Below, piece after piece: positions 29,260-38,980 of a stretch of DNA of 64,000 bases. A program made the position numbers and the translations under genes. The notes below the pieces were generated by a model that was not told the DNA's origin, ran no database searches, and saw only the letters and a program-made list of their open reading frames with translations. Origin of the DNA: an uncultured delta proteobacterium (GTDB taxonomy: Bacteria > Desulfobacterota > Syntrophobacteria > BM002); assembly GCA_963712115.1 (NCBI GenBank), contig CAVQGX010000031.1:1-64000 (forward strand), read 5' to 3'. Positions within the stretch are counted from its first letter, which is position 1. Every line of letters begins with the position of its first letter.

Positions 29260-30234
29260 TTACTTTATCAAACAAGCCTGTTGGGAAATTAGTTTTCCTG
29301 GACCTTTTTCCACCTCTTGCAAAGCGATACAGATTGACTGCTCAAGAGGCATGAGTTTCATAGGAATGAGTTCACGGATTCGATTTTCCCTACAAATCAC
29401 CTCATTTTTCAAGCCTTCCACCAAGGGGTTGACAACACCTGAGGGAACCGGCGTCACCATGTTGACCCAATAGGTGGAAAGGCGAGGTGTCAGTACCGGT
29501 ACTGTGATAATCAGCCGCTTCAGACCGCGAACCTTGGCATATATTTCCATCATCTCCCGATAGGTGACAATATCAGGCCCCCCGACATCCAGGGAGAGGC
29601 CAGCAGTGGCAGGTTCCCGAAGACAACCGAGAAGATAGTTTACCATGTCCCGAATGTCGATGGGTTGACAGCGTGTTTCTATCCATCTGGGACAAACCAT
29701 TACCGGCAGCCGCTCAACCAAATAGCGAAGCATTTCAAAAGGCGCTCCGCCTGCGCCCATAATGTTTGGCGCCCGGAGCTCGGTAGCTTGCGGTTGGCCT
29801 GAGGACAGTATCTCGCCCACTTCTTGCCGGCTGGCCAGGTGTTTGGAAAGTCCATCTCCGGTCTCGCCAAGACCTCCCAGGTAAATGACACGACTCACCC
29901 CGGTCTTATCCGCGGCACGGATGAAATTTTCCGCTGCGATTCGGTCCCGCTCTGCAAAGACCTTGTTCTCACCAATGGTGCGACCGCCCATGGAATGAAC
30001 CAGATAATAGGCCACCTCAATCCCCTCGAAGGCTGAATCCAAGGTGTCATCTTGAAGCAGATCGCCCTTGGCTATTTCTATCTCTTCCTCTAAAAAGAGA
30101 TTGCCCCTGAGTTTCTCAGGCGAGCGCACAAGGCACCGCACATTCATCCCATGTCCTGTGAGGGCATGGAGCAAACGACCCCCTACGAACCCGGTAGCTC
30201 CGGTTAAGAGTATTTTGCTGAAATTCTCAGCCAT
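29260..30234 (-). CDS. NAD(P)-binding SDR/epimerase (YbjT-like)
   Basis: TGATGFVG, YYLVHSM, YLGGLG, SKHL.SR.EV. Confidence 0.9.
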   Translation of the reverse strand: MAENFSKILLTGATGFVGGRLLHALTGHGMNVRCLVRSPEKLRGNLFLEEEIEIAKGDLLQDDTLDSAFEGIEVAYYLVHSMGGRTIGENKVFAERDRIAAENFIRAADKTGVSRVIYLGGLGETGDGLSKHLASRQEVGEILSSGQPQATELRAPNIMGAGGAPFEMLRYLVERLPVMVCPRWIETRCQPIDIRDMVNYLLGCLREPATAGLSLDVGGPDIVTYREMMEIYAKVRGLKRLIITVPVLTPRLSTYWVNMVTPVPSGVVNPLVEGLKNEVICRENRIRELIPMKLMPLEQSICIALQEVEKGPGKLISQQACLIK

Positions 30235-30339
30235 TCTATCTTTCTCCTTATTTCCTTCCATCCGATACGTCATACCGGACGAGAAGAAGTCGAGATAATG
30301 AAAAATGATAGATGGGAAATGCGAAATGAAAAATGCCTA

Positions 30340-30366
30340 CTGGCTGCCCGCTGCTAGCTGCTTGCT
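30340..30366. repeat. 27-bp arm overlapping the tsaD stop, inverted partner at 31482-31508
   Basis: 24/27 identity to the reverse complement of 31482-31508. Confidence 0.8.
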
Positions 30367-31424
30367 GGAACATCCGGCCAGCGAGAAATGGCGTCGAAAT
30401 TCAGGTCTCCAGGAACGGTTGTTTGCTTGAGCTTATGAAAGCCGGCTGCTGCTATCATGGCTGCATTGTCAGTGCACAGCTCAGGCTCGGGTAAATTCAA
30501 GGCGAACCCTAGGCCAGCCACCTCCTCCACGAGCCGCTGGCGCAGGCGGCTGTTAGCCGCAACACCGCCAGCCACCACCACCTGCCGCACCTTAAATCTT
30601 TTCGCTGCAGTGCAAGTCTTTTCCACCAAAACCTCAACCACCGCCTCCTGGAAGCTGGCCACGATATCGGCAACTGGCAGCGGGAGCTCCTTTGCCAAAG
30701 CCCCACTAAGTTTAAGTGTGGCAGCTTTGCTTGTCTGGTTGGTATTCACATACTTGCGGACAAAATTGACCACTGCGGTTTTGATTCCGCTAAAACTGAA
30801 ATCCAGGGAGTCCTTTTCCAAATAAGCTCGCGGAAAAGAAATGGCTTGAGGATTTCCCTTTTGCGCAAGACTATCGATAACCACCCCACCAGGATAACCA
30901 AGGTCCAGAAATTTTGCCACTTTGTCAAAGGCCTCCCCAGCAGCATCATCCCTGGTACGCCCCAGCAAATCAATACTGCCGTAATCCTCAACAAGATAAA
31001 GGTTGGTGTGTCCCCCGGAAACTACTAGGGCAACAGCAGGAAAGGAAGGCTGCGACTCATTCATAAAAGCGGCCTGAATGTGACCCTCAAGATGGTTCAC
31101 GGCAACCAGCGGTTTACCGGTGGCATAGGCCAATCCCTTGGCCACCCCAATTCCTACTAAGAGAGATCCCACTAGTCCTGGTCCCTGGGTAACAGCGATA
31201 CCATCCACCGAGGACATCTCCAGATCTGCTCTTTGCAGGGCTTCTGAGATCACCGGGATGATTACTTTGACGTGCTCTCTTGAGGCCAGTTCCGGGACCA
31301 CACCACCATAGGGGCGATGAATTGCAACTTGAGAGGAAACCACACTGGAAAGAATGCGCCGCCCATCTTCCACCACAGCTGCAGCGGTTTCATCACAAGA
31401 ACTCTCTATTCCCAGTACAATCAC
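30354..31424 (-). CDS. tsaD: tRNA N6-adenosine threonylcarbamoyltransferase TsaD
   Basis: LGIESSCDET, GGVVPELASR, HLEGH, SGGHT, DDAAGEAFDK, TDNAAMI. Confidence 0.97.
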   Translation of the reverse strand: MIVLGIESSCDETAAAVVEDGRRILSSVVSSQVAIHRPYGGVVPELASREHVKVIIPVISEALQRADLEMSSVDGIAVTQGPGLVGSLLVGIGVAKGLAYATGKPLVAVNHLEGHIQAAFMNESQPSFPAVALVVSGGHTNLYLVEDYGSIDLLGRTRDDAAGEAFDKVAKFLDLGYPGGVVIDSLAQKGNPQAISFPRAYLEKDSLDFSFSGIKTAVVNFVRKYVNTNQTSKAATLKLSGALAKELPLPVADIVASFQEAVVEVLVEKTCTAAKRFKVRQVVVAGGVAANSRLRQRLVEEVAGLGFALNLPEPELCTDNAAMIAAAGFHKLKQTTVPGDLNFDAISRWPDVPASS

Positions 31425-31481
31425 CAGTCCTCACTCTCTAGTTTTTCTTTGTGCTGCACGCCTCTCAGTTGGCTGCGGAAG

Positions 31482-31708
31482 AGCAAGCAGCTGGCAGCCG
31501 ACAGCCAGCAGCTCCCCGACTGAAAATAATTTTACTCTGTTTGTGAAGAATTAACTAGCGACGATCAACAAATTCTCCCACCTTGATCTTAAATGCCTGT
31601 CTGTTAGCAATATTTTTTTGCTGCATGCTGCTTGCTGACTGCTGTCAGCTGCAAGCCTGCCCTGAGCTTTGTCGAAGGGCTGATCGCGGCTGGAAAGCCG
31701 CTCCCACA
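31482..31708. repeat. CAGC/GCTG tract pair plus CCTGAGC..GTCGAAGG and REP-like TCGCGGCTGGAAAGCCGCTCCCAC modules
   Basis: Direct reading; 31684-31707 is GTGG-led palindrome on the minus strand. Confidence 0.65.
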
Positions 31709-31824
31709 GATGGTTAATTTCTTGACTTCGTCAACCTACTCTTTTATTATGTCAAAAGTGACATAAAGAAACCTTTTTTTCAAATTCTAGCGGCTCATCC
31801 TCGAATTGTTCCTGGAAGATTTTA

Positions 31825-32817
31825 ATGACTCTGCTAACTGATCGCTACCAACGACCTATTGACTACCTCAGGGTTTCCATTACCGACCGTTGCAACTTGC
31901 GGTGTCTCTATTGCATGCCCCTAGGGGGTACAGTCAAGCTGGATCATGAAGATATCCTCTCATACGAGGAGTTTCTCCGCCTCATTCAAATAGCGGTGAA
32001 CATGGGTATCAACAAGGTTCGGCTTACAGGCGGAGAACCGCTCGTCCGTAAGGGAGTTGTTGACTTCTGTCGCCGTTTGACCAGAATCTCCGGTCTCCAG
32101 AGTCTAAGCCTCACCACTAACGGAGTACTGCTGGAAGAACTTGGCCAGGACCTTTACGCTGCCGGTATCCGCCGGGTCAATGTTAGTCTAGACACTCTCC
32201 AGCGTGAAAAATTTTTTCGCATCACCCGCAGTGATGAGTTCGATAGGGTCTGGCGCGGTATCCAGGCTGCCGAGCGAGTCGGGTTCAATCCAGTAAAAAT
32301 AAATGTAGTGGTAATGCGGGGGATCAATGATGACGAGGTTCTGGATCTAGCGAGACTGAGCCTCAATCGCCCTTATCACATTCGCTTCATAGAGTTCATG
32401 GCCATTAACAACGATAGCCAATGGACCCTCCAGCATTATTTTGGCGCCGATGAGATTTTGGCAAAGCTGCGCAAGGTGGGCTCGCTAGAGCAAGTGGTCG
32501 CCCAGCACACCAACGGTCCTGCTCGCCATTACCGCTGGCCGGATGCGGCAGGCAAGATCGGCATAATAAGTCCAATCAGTCACCACTTCTGTCCCTCCTG
32601 CAATCGAATACGCCTAACCGCCGACGGCAAATTGCGTAATTGTCTTTTTTCCGACCAGGAAGTGGACATTAAATCACCTCTCCGCCAAGGAGCGACAGAT
32701 TCTGAGCTGTCTCAATTTCTCAGAGATTCTATTGTCAACAAGCCCGAAAAACATAGCCTCCAGGCTGACGTCTTCCGCAAATGTCAAAGCCGACCAATGG
32801 TTGCCATAGGCGGTTAG
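31825..32817 (+). CDS. moaA: GTP 3',8-cyclase MoaA
   Basis: CNLRCLYC, TGGEP, FCPSCNRIR, C-terminal IGG. Confidence 0.96.
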   Translation: MTLLTDRYQRPIDYLRVSITDRCNLRCLYCMPLGGTVKLDHEDILSYEEFLRLIQIAVNMGINKVRLTGGEPLVRKGVVDFCRRLTRISGLQSLSLTTNGVLLEELGQDLYAAGIRRVNVSLDTLQREKFFRITRSDEFDRVWRGIQAAERVGFNPVKINVVVMRGINDDEVLDLARLSLNRPYHIRFIEFMAINNDSQWTLQHYFGADEILAKLRKVGSLEQVVAQHTNGPARHYRWPDAAGKIGIISPISHHFCPSCNRIRLTADGKLRNCLFSDQEVDIKSPLRQGATDSELSQFLRDSIVNKPEKHSLQADVFRKCQSRPMVAIGG

Positions 32818-32920
32818 GTGGGATCTTTCTTTCCTTCCCCCGTTGACTCAGAGTTTTTTCCGTTCTAGAATCGGCTTGTATTTTCCTTCTTTCTAAGATA
32901 ATCCCTTGCGGAAACTGACT

Positions 32921-34009
32921 ATGACCGATTCCAGCCCTCTCCATCAGGCCCTACTTGAAGCAATTCTCCAGTCAATCCCTCACGGTCTAGTCCTGTTTGA
33001 GCCCTCAGGACAAATGCTGTTTGCCAACAATTTTGCCGAGCAGCTATTCGGATTCCGGCCGGGCGAGTGCCGCAACCATGCGATCTCCTCCCTATTTTTG
33101 GAGGATGACTACGATATCTTTCTGCCCAACATAATAAAACTCACCTTGGACAAGGGAAGCTTTGAGGGTGAGGCTCTTCTCCGGGACCGCAAAGACCAAA
33201 AGTTTTTCGCCTATCTCACCACCTTCCTTTACCGCGGTAGTGACAAGGATGTTATTGTTTTAACCATTCAGGATATTGGAACCCTAAAAACTCTCCAGCG
33301 CGAGTCCATTGAAACGGAGCGGGTGCGCTCCATGGCAAAAGTGGTGGATCAGATGGCTCATCACATCCGCAACCCAATAGCTGCAATTGGTGGATTTGCC
33401 GCCCGCTTGCTCAAAAAGGGTGTGGACGAAAAAGACAGACAGCTCTATAAGGAAATCATTTATCAAGAGGCCAGCCGGTTGGACAATCTGCTCAGGAACC
33501 TGGCCAGTTTCACCACGCTGCCCCTCCCCACTATGACAGAAGATAATTTCGACAACCTTTTGAAACGATCTATGGATAAGATTCCGGACGCTTTACTGGC
33601 ATCAGCCTCGGATTGGCATGCACCTCCTAGGGAAGAGCTTCTCTCGCTCCGCGCCTTTATGGATGTGGAAATCCTCGCCCAATGCTTAGCCAACATATTC
33701 ACCAATGCCTTAGAATCAGGAGATCCAAGTGTGGTGATCAATTTTCATGCGGCCGAGAGGGAAGAACGCATCCAATTTAGCGTAAGTGACAACGGCCGCG
33801 GGATCAAACCGGAGAATCAACCCCTCGTTTTTGACCCTCTTTTCACCACAAAAAATGAGCACGTGGGTCTCGGCCTCACAATAAGTCAAAGAATCATTCA
33901 CGATCACGGCGGAACTATTGAGATTGAGAGCGAAGTCGGGAAGGGAACTACGGTTACCTTGGAGATGCCGCGGGAGAAGCGCAGACCGATTAGGGTAAGG
34001 CGGCTGTAG
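32921..34009 (+). CDS. PAS-domain sensor histidine kinase
   Basis: PAS, H-box AHHIRNP, N/G1/F/G2 boxes; no adjacent response regulator. Confidence 0.9.
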   Translation: MTDSSPLHQALLEAILQSIPHGLVLFEPSGQMLFANNFAEQLFGFRPGECRNHAISSLFLEDDYDIFLPNIIKLTLDKGSFEGEALLRDRKDQKFFAYLTTFLYRGSDKDVIVLTIQDIGTLKTLQRESIETERVRSMAKVVDQMAHHIRNPIAAIGGFAARLLKKGVDEKDRQLYKEIIYQEASRLDNLLRNLASFTTLPLPTMTEDNFDNLLKRSMDKIPDALLASASDWHAPPREELLSLRAFMDVEILAQCLANIFTNALESGDPSVVINFHAAEREERIQFSVSDNGRGIKPENQPLVFDPLFTTKNEHVGLGLTISQRIIHDHGGTIEIESEVGKGTTVTLEMPREKRRPIRVRRL

Positions 34010-34059
34010 GCGCTAAGCGCATAGCGTCATGGCCTAAGGCTATGCACGCAAACCGTACG

Positions 34060-34222
34060 GGTCATTTGGCCACTAAATGTGGCCGTCAATACGCTACGCT
34101 GTCATTCACAGTTCACTGTCATTGTGGCGCTGAAACAACTTAATGACGGCCGTAAGGCCAAATGACGGCAAAGCCTATTGACAGCGAAGTGCAATAGCTC
34201 GGAGCGTAATGACCTAATGACC
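34060..34222. repeat. GTCATT/AATGAC modular hairpin element
   Basis: Repeated AATGAC units separated by short hairpins (GGCCGTAAGGCC); homolog at 58395-58513. Confidence 0.75.
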
Positions 34223-34246
34223 GTAGTGTGCTGGCTGAACCAGGCT

Positions 34247-34831
34247 TCAATCCGCCCCAGGACCTACTGTGAGGTATGACTGTAGCCGGTCGACCGTGGC
34301 CGGTCCTATTCCTTTTACCTCGCAGAGATTCTCTAACTTGGTGAATCCGCCCCTACGGACCCTCAAAGCCACAATAGCATCCGCCAACTTGTCATTGATG
34401 CCAGGCACTTGGCTCAACTCAGTTACAGAGGCCTGGTTTATATCCAGTGGCACTCCCAGAGCCAGACGGATGGGCACCGCCATCCATCCCAGTTTAAAAC
34501 TGGTGGCACCGCTAGGTTTAGTTATAATTTGAATTCTCCTACCGTTTCCTGTCTGAAACTTACCCCATGCCAATTCGTCTGAACGGTTTAACGGAGATAG
34601 TGGTCCTCCAGCCCGCGCTACCGCCTGAGCTACTGTGACCGTTTGATCGAAGGAGTATATTCCTGGACTTTTTACCTTCCCGGCCACTTGGACGAAGACG
34701 TATTTAGTGGAGAGTTGAGGGGATTTCCTGGACCTGCCATGCTGGCCATAACGACTCCAGCCGTAGACAGACAGCAGCGCCAATGACACCAATAAAACAA
34801 TCAGCGCCTGAGAGCGAGAGAAAGACTTCAT
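34247..34831 (-). CDS. ComEA-like DNA-binding protein (SLBB + helix-hairpin-helix)
   Basis: N-terminal TM, V.G.V..PG.Y, LDINQAS..EL..VPGI, VKGIGP. Confidence 0.85.
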   Translation of the reverse strand: MKSFSRSQALIVLLVSLALLSVYGWSRYGQHGRSRKSPQLSTKYVFVQVAGKVKSPGIYSFDQTVTVAQAVARAGGPLSPLNRSDELAWGKFQTGNGRRIQIITKPSGATSFKLGWMAVPIRLALGVPLDINQASVTELSQVPGINDKLADAIVALRVRRGGFTKLENLCEVKGIGPATVDRLQSYLTVGPGAD

Positions 34832-34986
34832 TTAACCTAAGGGATCAGGGCTCCTGCCGTTAGCAGGACACCAAAGGTTTAGCCTGCAGAAGACAACACC
34901 TTGGAGTAATTGATTGTCAGAGTAGAAAAAACGCTTCTCGAATTTTTGCTAAAGGGTGGTCTGAATCAAAGCGTGGATTTTCACTC

Positions 34987-36564
34987 TTATCGCCTGTTCT
35001 CGTCCTTGAACATCTTATAGTTAATGCTATCCACCAGGGCCAGCCAACTTGCCTCAAGGATGTTTTCCGAAACTCCCACCGTGCCCCAGATGTTGTCCTT
35101 ATCTACAGACTCTATGAGTACCCGGACCTTGGCGGCGGTTCCTTCCTTGCCCGGCAAAACTCTTACTTTGTAGTCATTGAGTCTCATGTGGGAGAGCTCG
35201 GGATAGAACTTCTCCAGAGCCTTACGCAAGGCATTGTCCAGGGCATTTACCGGCCCCACACCTGTAGCAGCTGTGTGCTCCACTTTCCCTCCCACCTTGA
35301 CCATTACCGTAGCCTCAGACTCAGAAGGTTGGGCTTCATCAGTTTTGGATACGAGGACCCTGAAGCCCACGAATTCAAAGTACCGCTTCACCCTTCCAAG
35401 GGCGCGGTTCAACAAGAGCTCAAAAGACCCTTCCGCCGCCTCATATTGAAATCCCTCGTGCTCAAGCTGTTTGAGCTCTTCCAGGACCTGCATGGCAACG
35501 GGATCTTTGCTGGAGATCTCAATGCCGTATTGCTCTGCCTTTTGTTTTATGGTGCTGCGACCAGAAAGGTCTGACACCAGAACACGCCGTCGATTGCCAA
35601 CCAACTCAGGGTGCATGTGTTCATAGGTTTCCGGATTGCGCTCAACTGCAGCCACGTGTATCCCACCCTTGTGGGCAAAGGCACTCCTGCCCACATAAGG
35701 CTGGTACCTGAATGGCCGAATATTAGCCAACTCGAGGATGTACCGAGAAGTCTCACGCAGTCGAGTGAGTTGTTCATCTGTGATGCAATCTAGCTTTAGT
35801 TTCAACTTAACAGCCGGGATAATGCTACACAAATTGGCATTGCCACAGCGCTCCCCCACCCCGTTCATGGTGCCTTGCACTTGGTTTGCGCCCAGCGCCA
35901 CGGCCGCCAACGAGTTGGCTACAGCCAACTCAGAGTCGTTATGGGTGTGGATGCCAAGGTCTGTTTTGGGAAATTCCTTCTTGACCCGCTTGATGATCTT
36001 CTGCAGGTCTGTGGTCAGGGTTCCGCCATTGGTGTCGCAAAGGACCAGGCAATCAGCCCCTCCCTCCAGTGCAGCCTTGAGGGTAGTAAGGGCATATTCG
36101 GGATCAGCTTTGAAGCCATCAAAAAAGTGCTCGGCATCATAGATGAGCTTCCATATCTTTGGTCGCACGTAAGCCAGGGAGTCGCGAATGATCTCAACAT
36201 TGCGCTCCAGAGTCGTTCGCAGCGCGTCCCTCACATGGACGTTCCAACTCTTGCCAAAGATGGTAATCACCTCCGTTTTTGCATTGAGGAGAGCGCCCAA
36301 GTTGCGGTCTTTTTCCGCCGAGGAACGAGGATTGTGGGTGCTGCCAAAGGCTGCAACTTTAGAGGTTTTCAGATCGTAGTTTTTGATTTCCTTGAAATAG
36401 GCAACATCTTTTGGATTTGAACCGGGCCATCCACCTTCGATATAGTGTATCCCCAATTCGTCGAGCTTCTTGGAACAACGAATTTTATCTTCCAGGGAAA
36501 GGTTAAAGTCCTCAGCCTGGGTCCCGTCTCTCAATGTGGTGTCATATATTTCTATTTTACGCAT
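34987..36564 (-). CDS. cimA: Citramalate synthase
   Basis: DTTLRDGTQ, EGGWPGSNPKD, HTHND, GERCGN, AHKGG.H, GPVNALD. Confidence 0.93.
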   Translation of the reverse strand: MRKIEIYDTTLRDGTQAEDFNLSLEDKIRCSKKLDELGIHYIEGGWPGSNPKDVAYFKEIKNYDLKTSKVAAFGSTHNPRSSAEKDRNLGALLNAKTEVITIFGKSWNVHVRDALRTTLERNVEIIRDSLAYVRPKIWKLIYDAEHFFDGFKADPEYALTTLKAALEGGADCLVLCDTNGGTLTTDLQKIIKRVKKEFPKTDLGIHTHNDSELAVANSLAAVALGANQVQGTMNGVGERCGNANLCSIIPAVKLKLKLDCITDEQLTRLRETSRYILELANIRPFRYQPYVGRSAFAHKGGIHVAAVERNPETYEHMHPELVGNRRRVLVSDLSGRSTIKQKAEQYGIEISSKDPVAMQVLEELKQLEHEGFQYEAAEGSFELLLNRALGRVKRYFEFVGFRVLVSKTDEAQPSESEATVMVKVGGKVEHTAATGVGPVNALDNALRKALEKFYPELSHMRLNDYKVRVLPGKEGTAAKVRVLIESVDKDNIWGTVGVSENILEASWLALVDSINYKMFKDENRR

Positions 36565-36627
36565 GGGTTCTTTCCTGTCCTTTTTATTGGTGCAATTTAT
36601 CCATCGTTCCTTTCTGAGTTGCTGGAA

Positions 36628-36764
36628 TGCCTAAAGTGTCTAAAATGATCAAAAATGTCTAAAATTATAAAGGCACATTGCTACATGAGATTTGATCAAA
36701 AGAGCCTTCGCCACGTCTCCTTTTCTCCGCCTTCCCGCGCCGGCACGCTTTGCCTAGTGCCCAG
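36628..36764. repeat. Left arm of long imperfect inverted repeat enclosing lysC-tsaE
   Basis: 36652-36671 is the exact 20-bp reverse complement of 38943-38962; homology continues. Confidence 0.8.
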
Positions 36765-36865
36765 TATTTACTGCCTGCTGCCCGCTGCGCCCTCACGTCC
36801 CTCGCCTTGGGCGCAAAAGAGAGTGTAACTCATGGGAACACGTTATTAAACAATCAACCCCCATC

Positions 36866-38107
36866 CTACTCCGGGATCTCGTGTTGCAACGGTTGATCCA
36901 ACTCAAAGGCATCGTGCAGAACCTGTACCGCCTTCGCCGTTTGTCGATCCTCAATCACGCAGGAGACCTTTATCTCCGAAGTACTGATCATGTGAATATT
37001 GATATTCTCGTTGCCCAACACCTGGAACATTTTAGCGGCAACACCGGCATGGTGGCGCATGCCCACACCTATGACAGAGATTTTGGCGATATTTTCATCG
37101 CTGGAGATCTGCAGATCTTTCCACTCTTTTTTCATCCCCTCCAGGACACGTATAGCTGCCTGGCGATCCAAGCGCGGCACAGTGAAGCTCAGGTTGGCCA
37201 GCTTAGTGTCGCCAGTGCTCCCCTGAATGATCATATCCACCACGATCCCTTCACTGGCGATCTCAGTAAATATCCTCGCTGCAACGCCGGGCACGTCAGG
37301 CAACCCTGCCAGAGTTATGCGGGCATCACCCTTGCTGTAGGCGACCCCTGAAACCAGCACTTGTTCCATGGACTTATCCTCCTTCACCACCATGGTGCCA
37401 GGCTCGTCCACAAAGGAAGATCGGACATGAACGGGCACATTATATTTCTTGGCAAATTCCACCGAGCGGATGTGCAGCACCTTGGCCCCCATACTGGCCA
37501 TCTCCAGCATCTCATCGTAGGAAATGCGCTGCAGTTTTCTCGCTTTGTGGTAAATATTCGGATCAGTGGTATAGACGCCTGCCACGTCAGTGTAGATTTC
37601 ACAGACATCAGCGGCCAAGGCTGCAGCCACCGCCACAGCCGTGGTGTCTGAACCTCCCCGGCCGAGGGTGGTAATGTTACCTCTCTCATCTAAACCCTGA
37701 AAACCGGCTATAACCGGAATACAACCCTTGTATATATTGTGCCAGATGGGTTCTGTACGAATCTCACTTATGCGTGCGCGGCCATAGGCCCTATCTGTGT
37801 AGATACGGGCCTGATGGCCCAATAGGGACTGGGCCTCATATCCCATGTACTTTATGGCGATACTAAACAAAGCAATAGTAACCTGCTCGCCCGTGGCGAG
37901 GAGCACGTCCTGTTCCCGGGGGTCCGGTTCCTCGGCCATCTGATGGGCCAACCCAATAAGCCTGTCTGTCTCTCCGGCCATAGCAGAGAGCACCACTACT
38001 ACATCATCGCCGGCCTCGCGGGTCTGTATGACGCGCTTGGCCACCGCCTTAATTCTTTCCGGGTCGGCCACCGAAGTGCCCCCGTATTTTTGAACAATGA
38101 GCGCCAT
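36866..38107 (-). CDS. lysC: Aspartate kinase
   Basis: [17 protein letters not shown], two ACT domains, STSEIK. Confidence 0.96.
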   Translation of the reverse strand: MALIVQKYGGTSVADPERIKAVAKRVIQTREAGDDVVVVLSAMAGETDRLIGLAHQMAEEPDPREQDVLLATGEQVTIALFSIAIKYMGYEAQSLLGHQARIYTDRAYGRARISEIRTEPIWHNIYKGCIPVIAGFQGLDERGNITTLGRGGSDTTAVAVAAALAADVCEIYTDVAGVYTTDPNIYHKARKLQRISYDEMLEMASMGAKVLHIRSVEFAKKYNVPVHVRSSFVDEPGTMVVKEDKSMEQVLVSGVAYSKGDARITLAGLPDVPGVAARIFTEIASEGIVVDMIIQGSTGDTKLANLSFTVPRLDRQAAIRVLEGMKKEWKDLQISSDENIAKISVIGVGMRHHAGVAAKMFQVLGNENINIHMISTSEIKVSCVIEDRQTAKAVQVLHDAFELDQPLQHEIPE

Positions 38108-38340
38108 TAGGCTGACTCCAAAAGAGCAGTAGAATCCGAAACTAAAATATTCCGGTTGGAGGATTTATAAATTCAACTAAATCTAACTTACGAAATTATA
38201 AAGATGACCCATACCTGAGGAAGTGTCAATGGAAAAAAGGCGGGAAGGATATCAGAATTTTGCCAATTAATGTCCTATGAAATTGAGGTATTGCACATTC
38301 ACCATCTCTATTCCAATAAAAGTTGGAATCTCTAAATTCC

Positions 38341-38838
38341 TCAATCCCTAAATTCCTCAATTAAACTGGCTAGGCGCGAGGCCGAGCCGTCCCCAAAGGC
38401 AGAGAAGGCAATGTTTCTTTCCACTTCGCCCAGAAATGTCAAGTGAACTTCCAGTCTCTCCGCCGGTAGATCTCCACCTAGCCTTTCAGCCCATTCAATT
38501 GCTACTGCTCCTCGCCCGTAAAGAATCTCCTCGAGCCCTAGTTCCGAGAACTCGGCACGGTCGCTCACTCGATATAAATCCAGGTGATAAAAGGGGACTC
38601 TACCCGGATATTCGTTTATGATGGCAAAGGTTGGGCTGGTAATATAGAAAGTCTTCGGAACCCCTAACCCGCGAGCCAGTCCCTGAGAGAAAAGGGTTTT
38701 CCCGCTGCCTAATTCCCCTACCAAGGCAACTACATCTCCGGGCTGAAGTAATAGTCCTAGTCGCTCGGCAAGAGACTGAGTTGCTTCCGGGCTTTCGCTG
38801 CGCCTTTCCCAAGTGCGTAGCGGTTTATCTTCTCTCAT
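38341..38838 (-). CDS. tsaE: tRNA threonylcarbamoyladenosine biosynthesis ATPase TsaE
   Basis: GELGSGKT, SPTF, HLDLYR, IEW. Confidence 0.95.
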   Translation of the reverse strand: MREDKPLRTWERRSESPEATQSLAERLGLLLQPGDVVALVGELGSGKTLFSQGLARGLGVPKTFYITSPTFAIINEYPGRVPFYHLDLYRVSDRAEFSELGLEEILYGRGAVAIEWAERLGGDLPAERLEVHLTFLGEVERNIAFSAFGDGSASRLASLIEEFRD

Positions 38839-38863
38839 CGACTCTGGTGATCCTTAGTAAGCG

Positions 38864-38980
38864 AACTAGGCACAAGACAGAGTGGAACGACGCGGGGATG
38901 CGGCGGGAGTTCTTCTCAACTATTCTATTGTAGCTAGGTGTATTTATAATTTTAGACATTTTAGGCACTTTAGACACTTT
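38864..38980. repeat. Right arm of inverted repeat enclosing lysC-tsaE; supplies the nnr stop codon
   Basis: Mirror-order modules relative to 36628-36764. Confidence 0.8.

Noticed and set aside
34060-34222. Possible CRISPR array
   Set aside because: Repeat is only 6 nt, spacers are self-complementary, orientation flips and there are no cas genes
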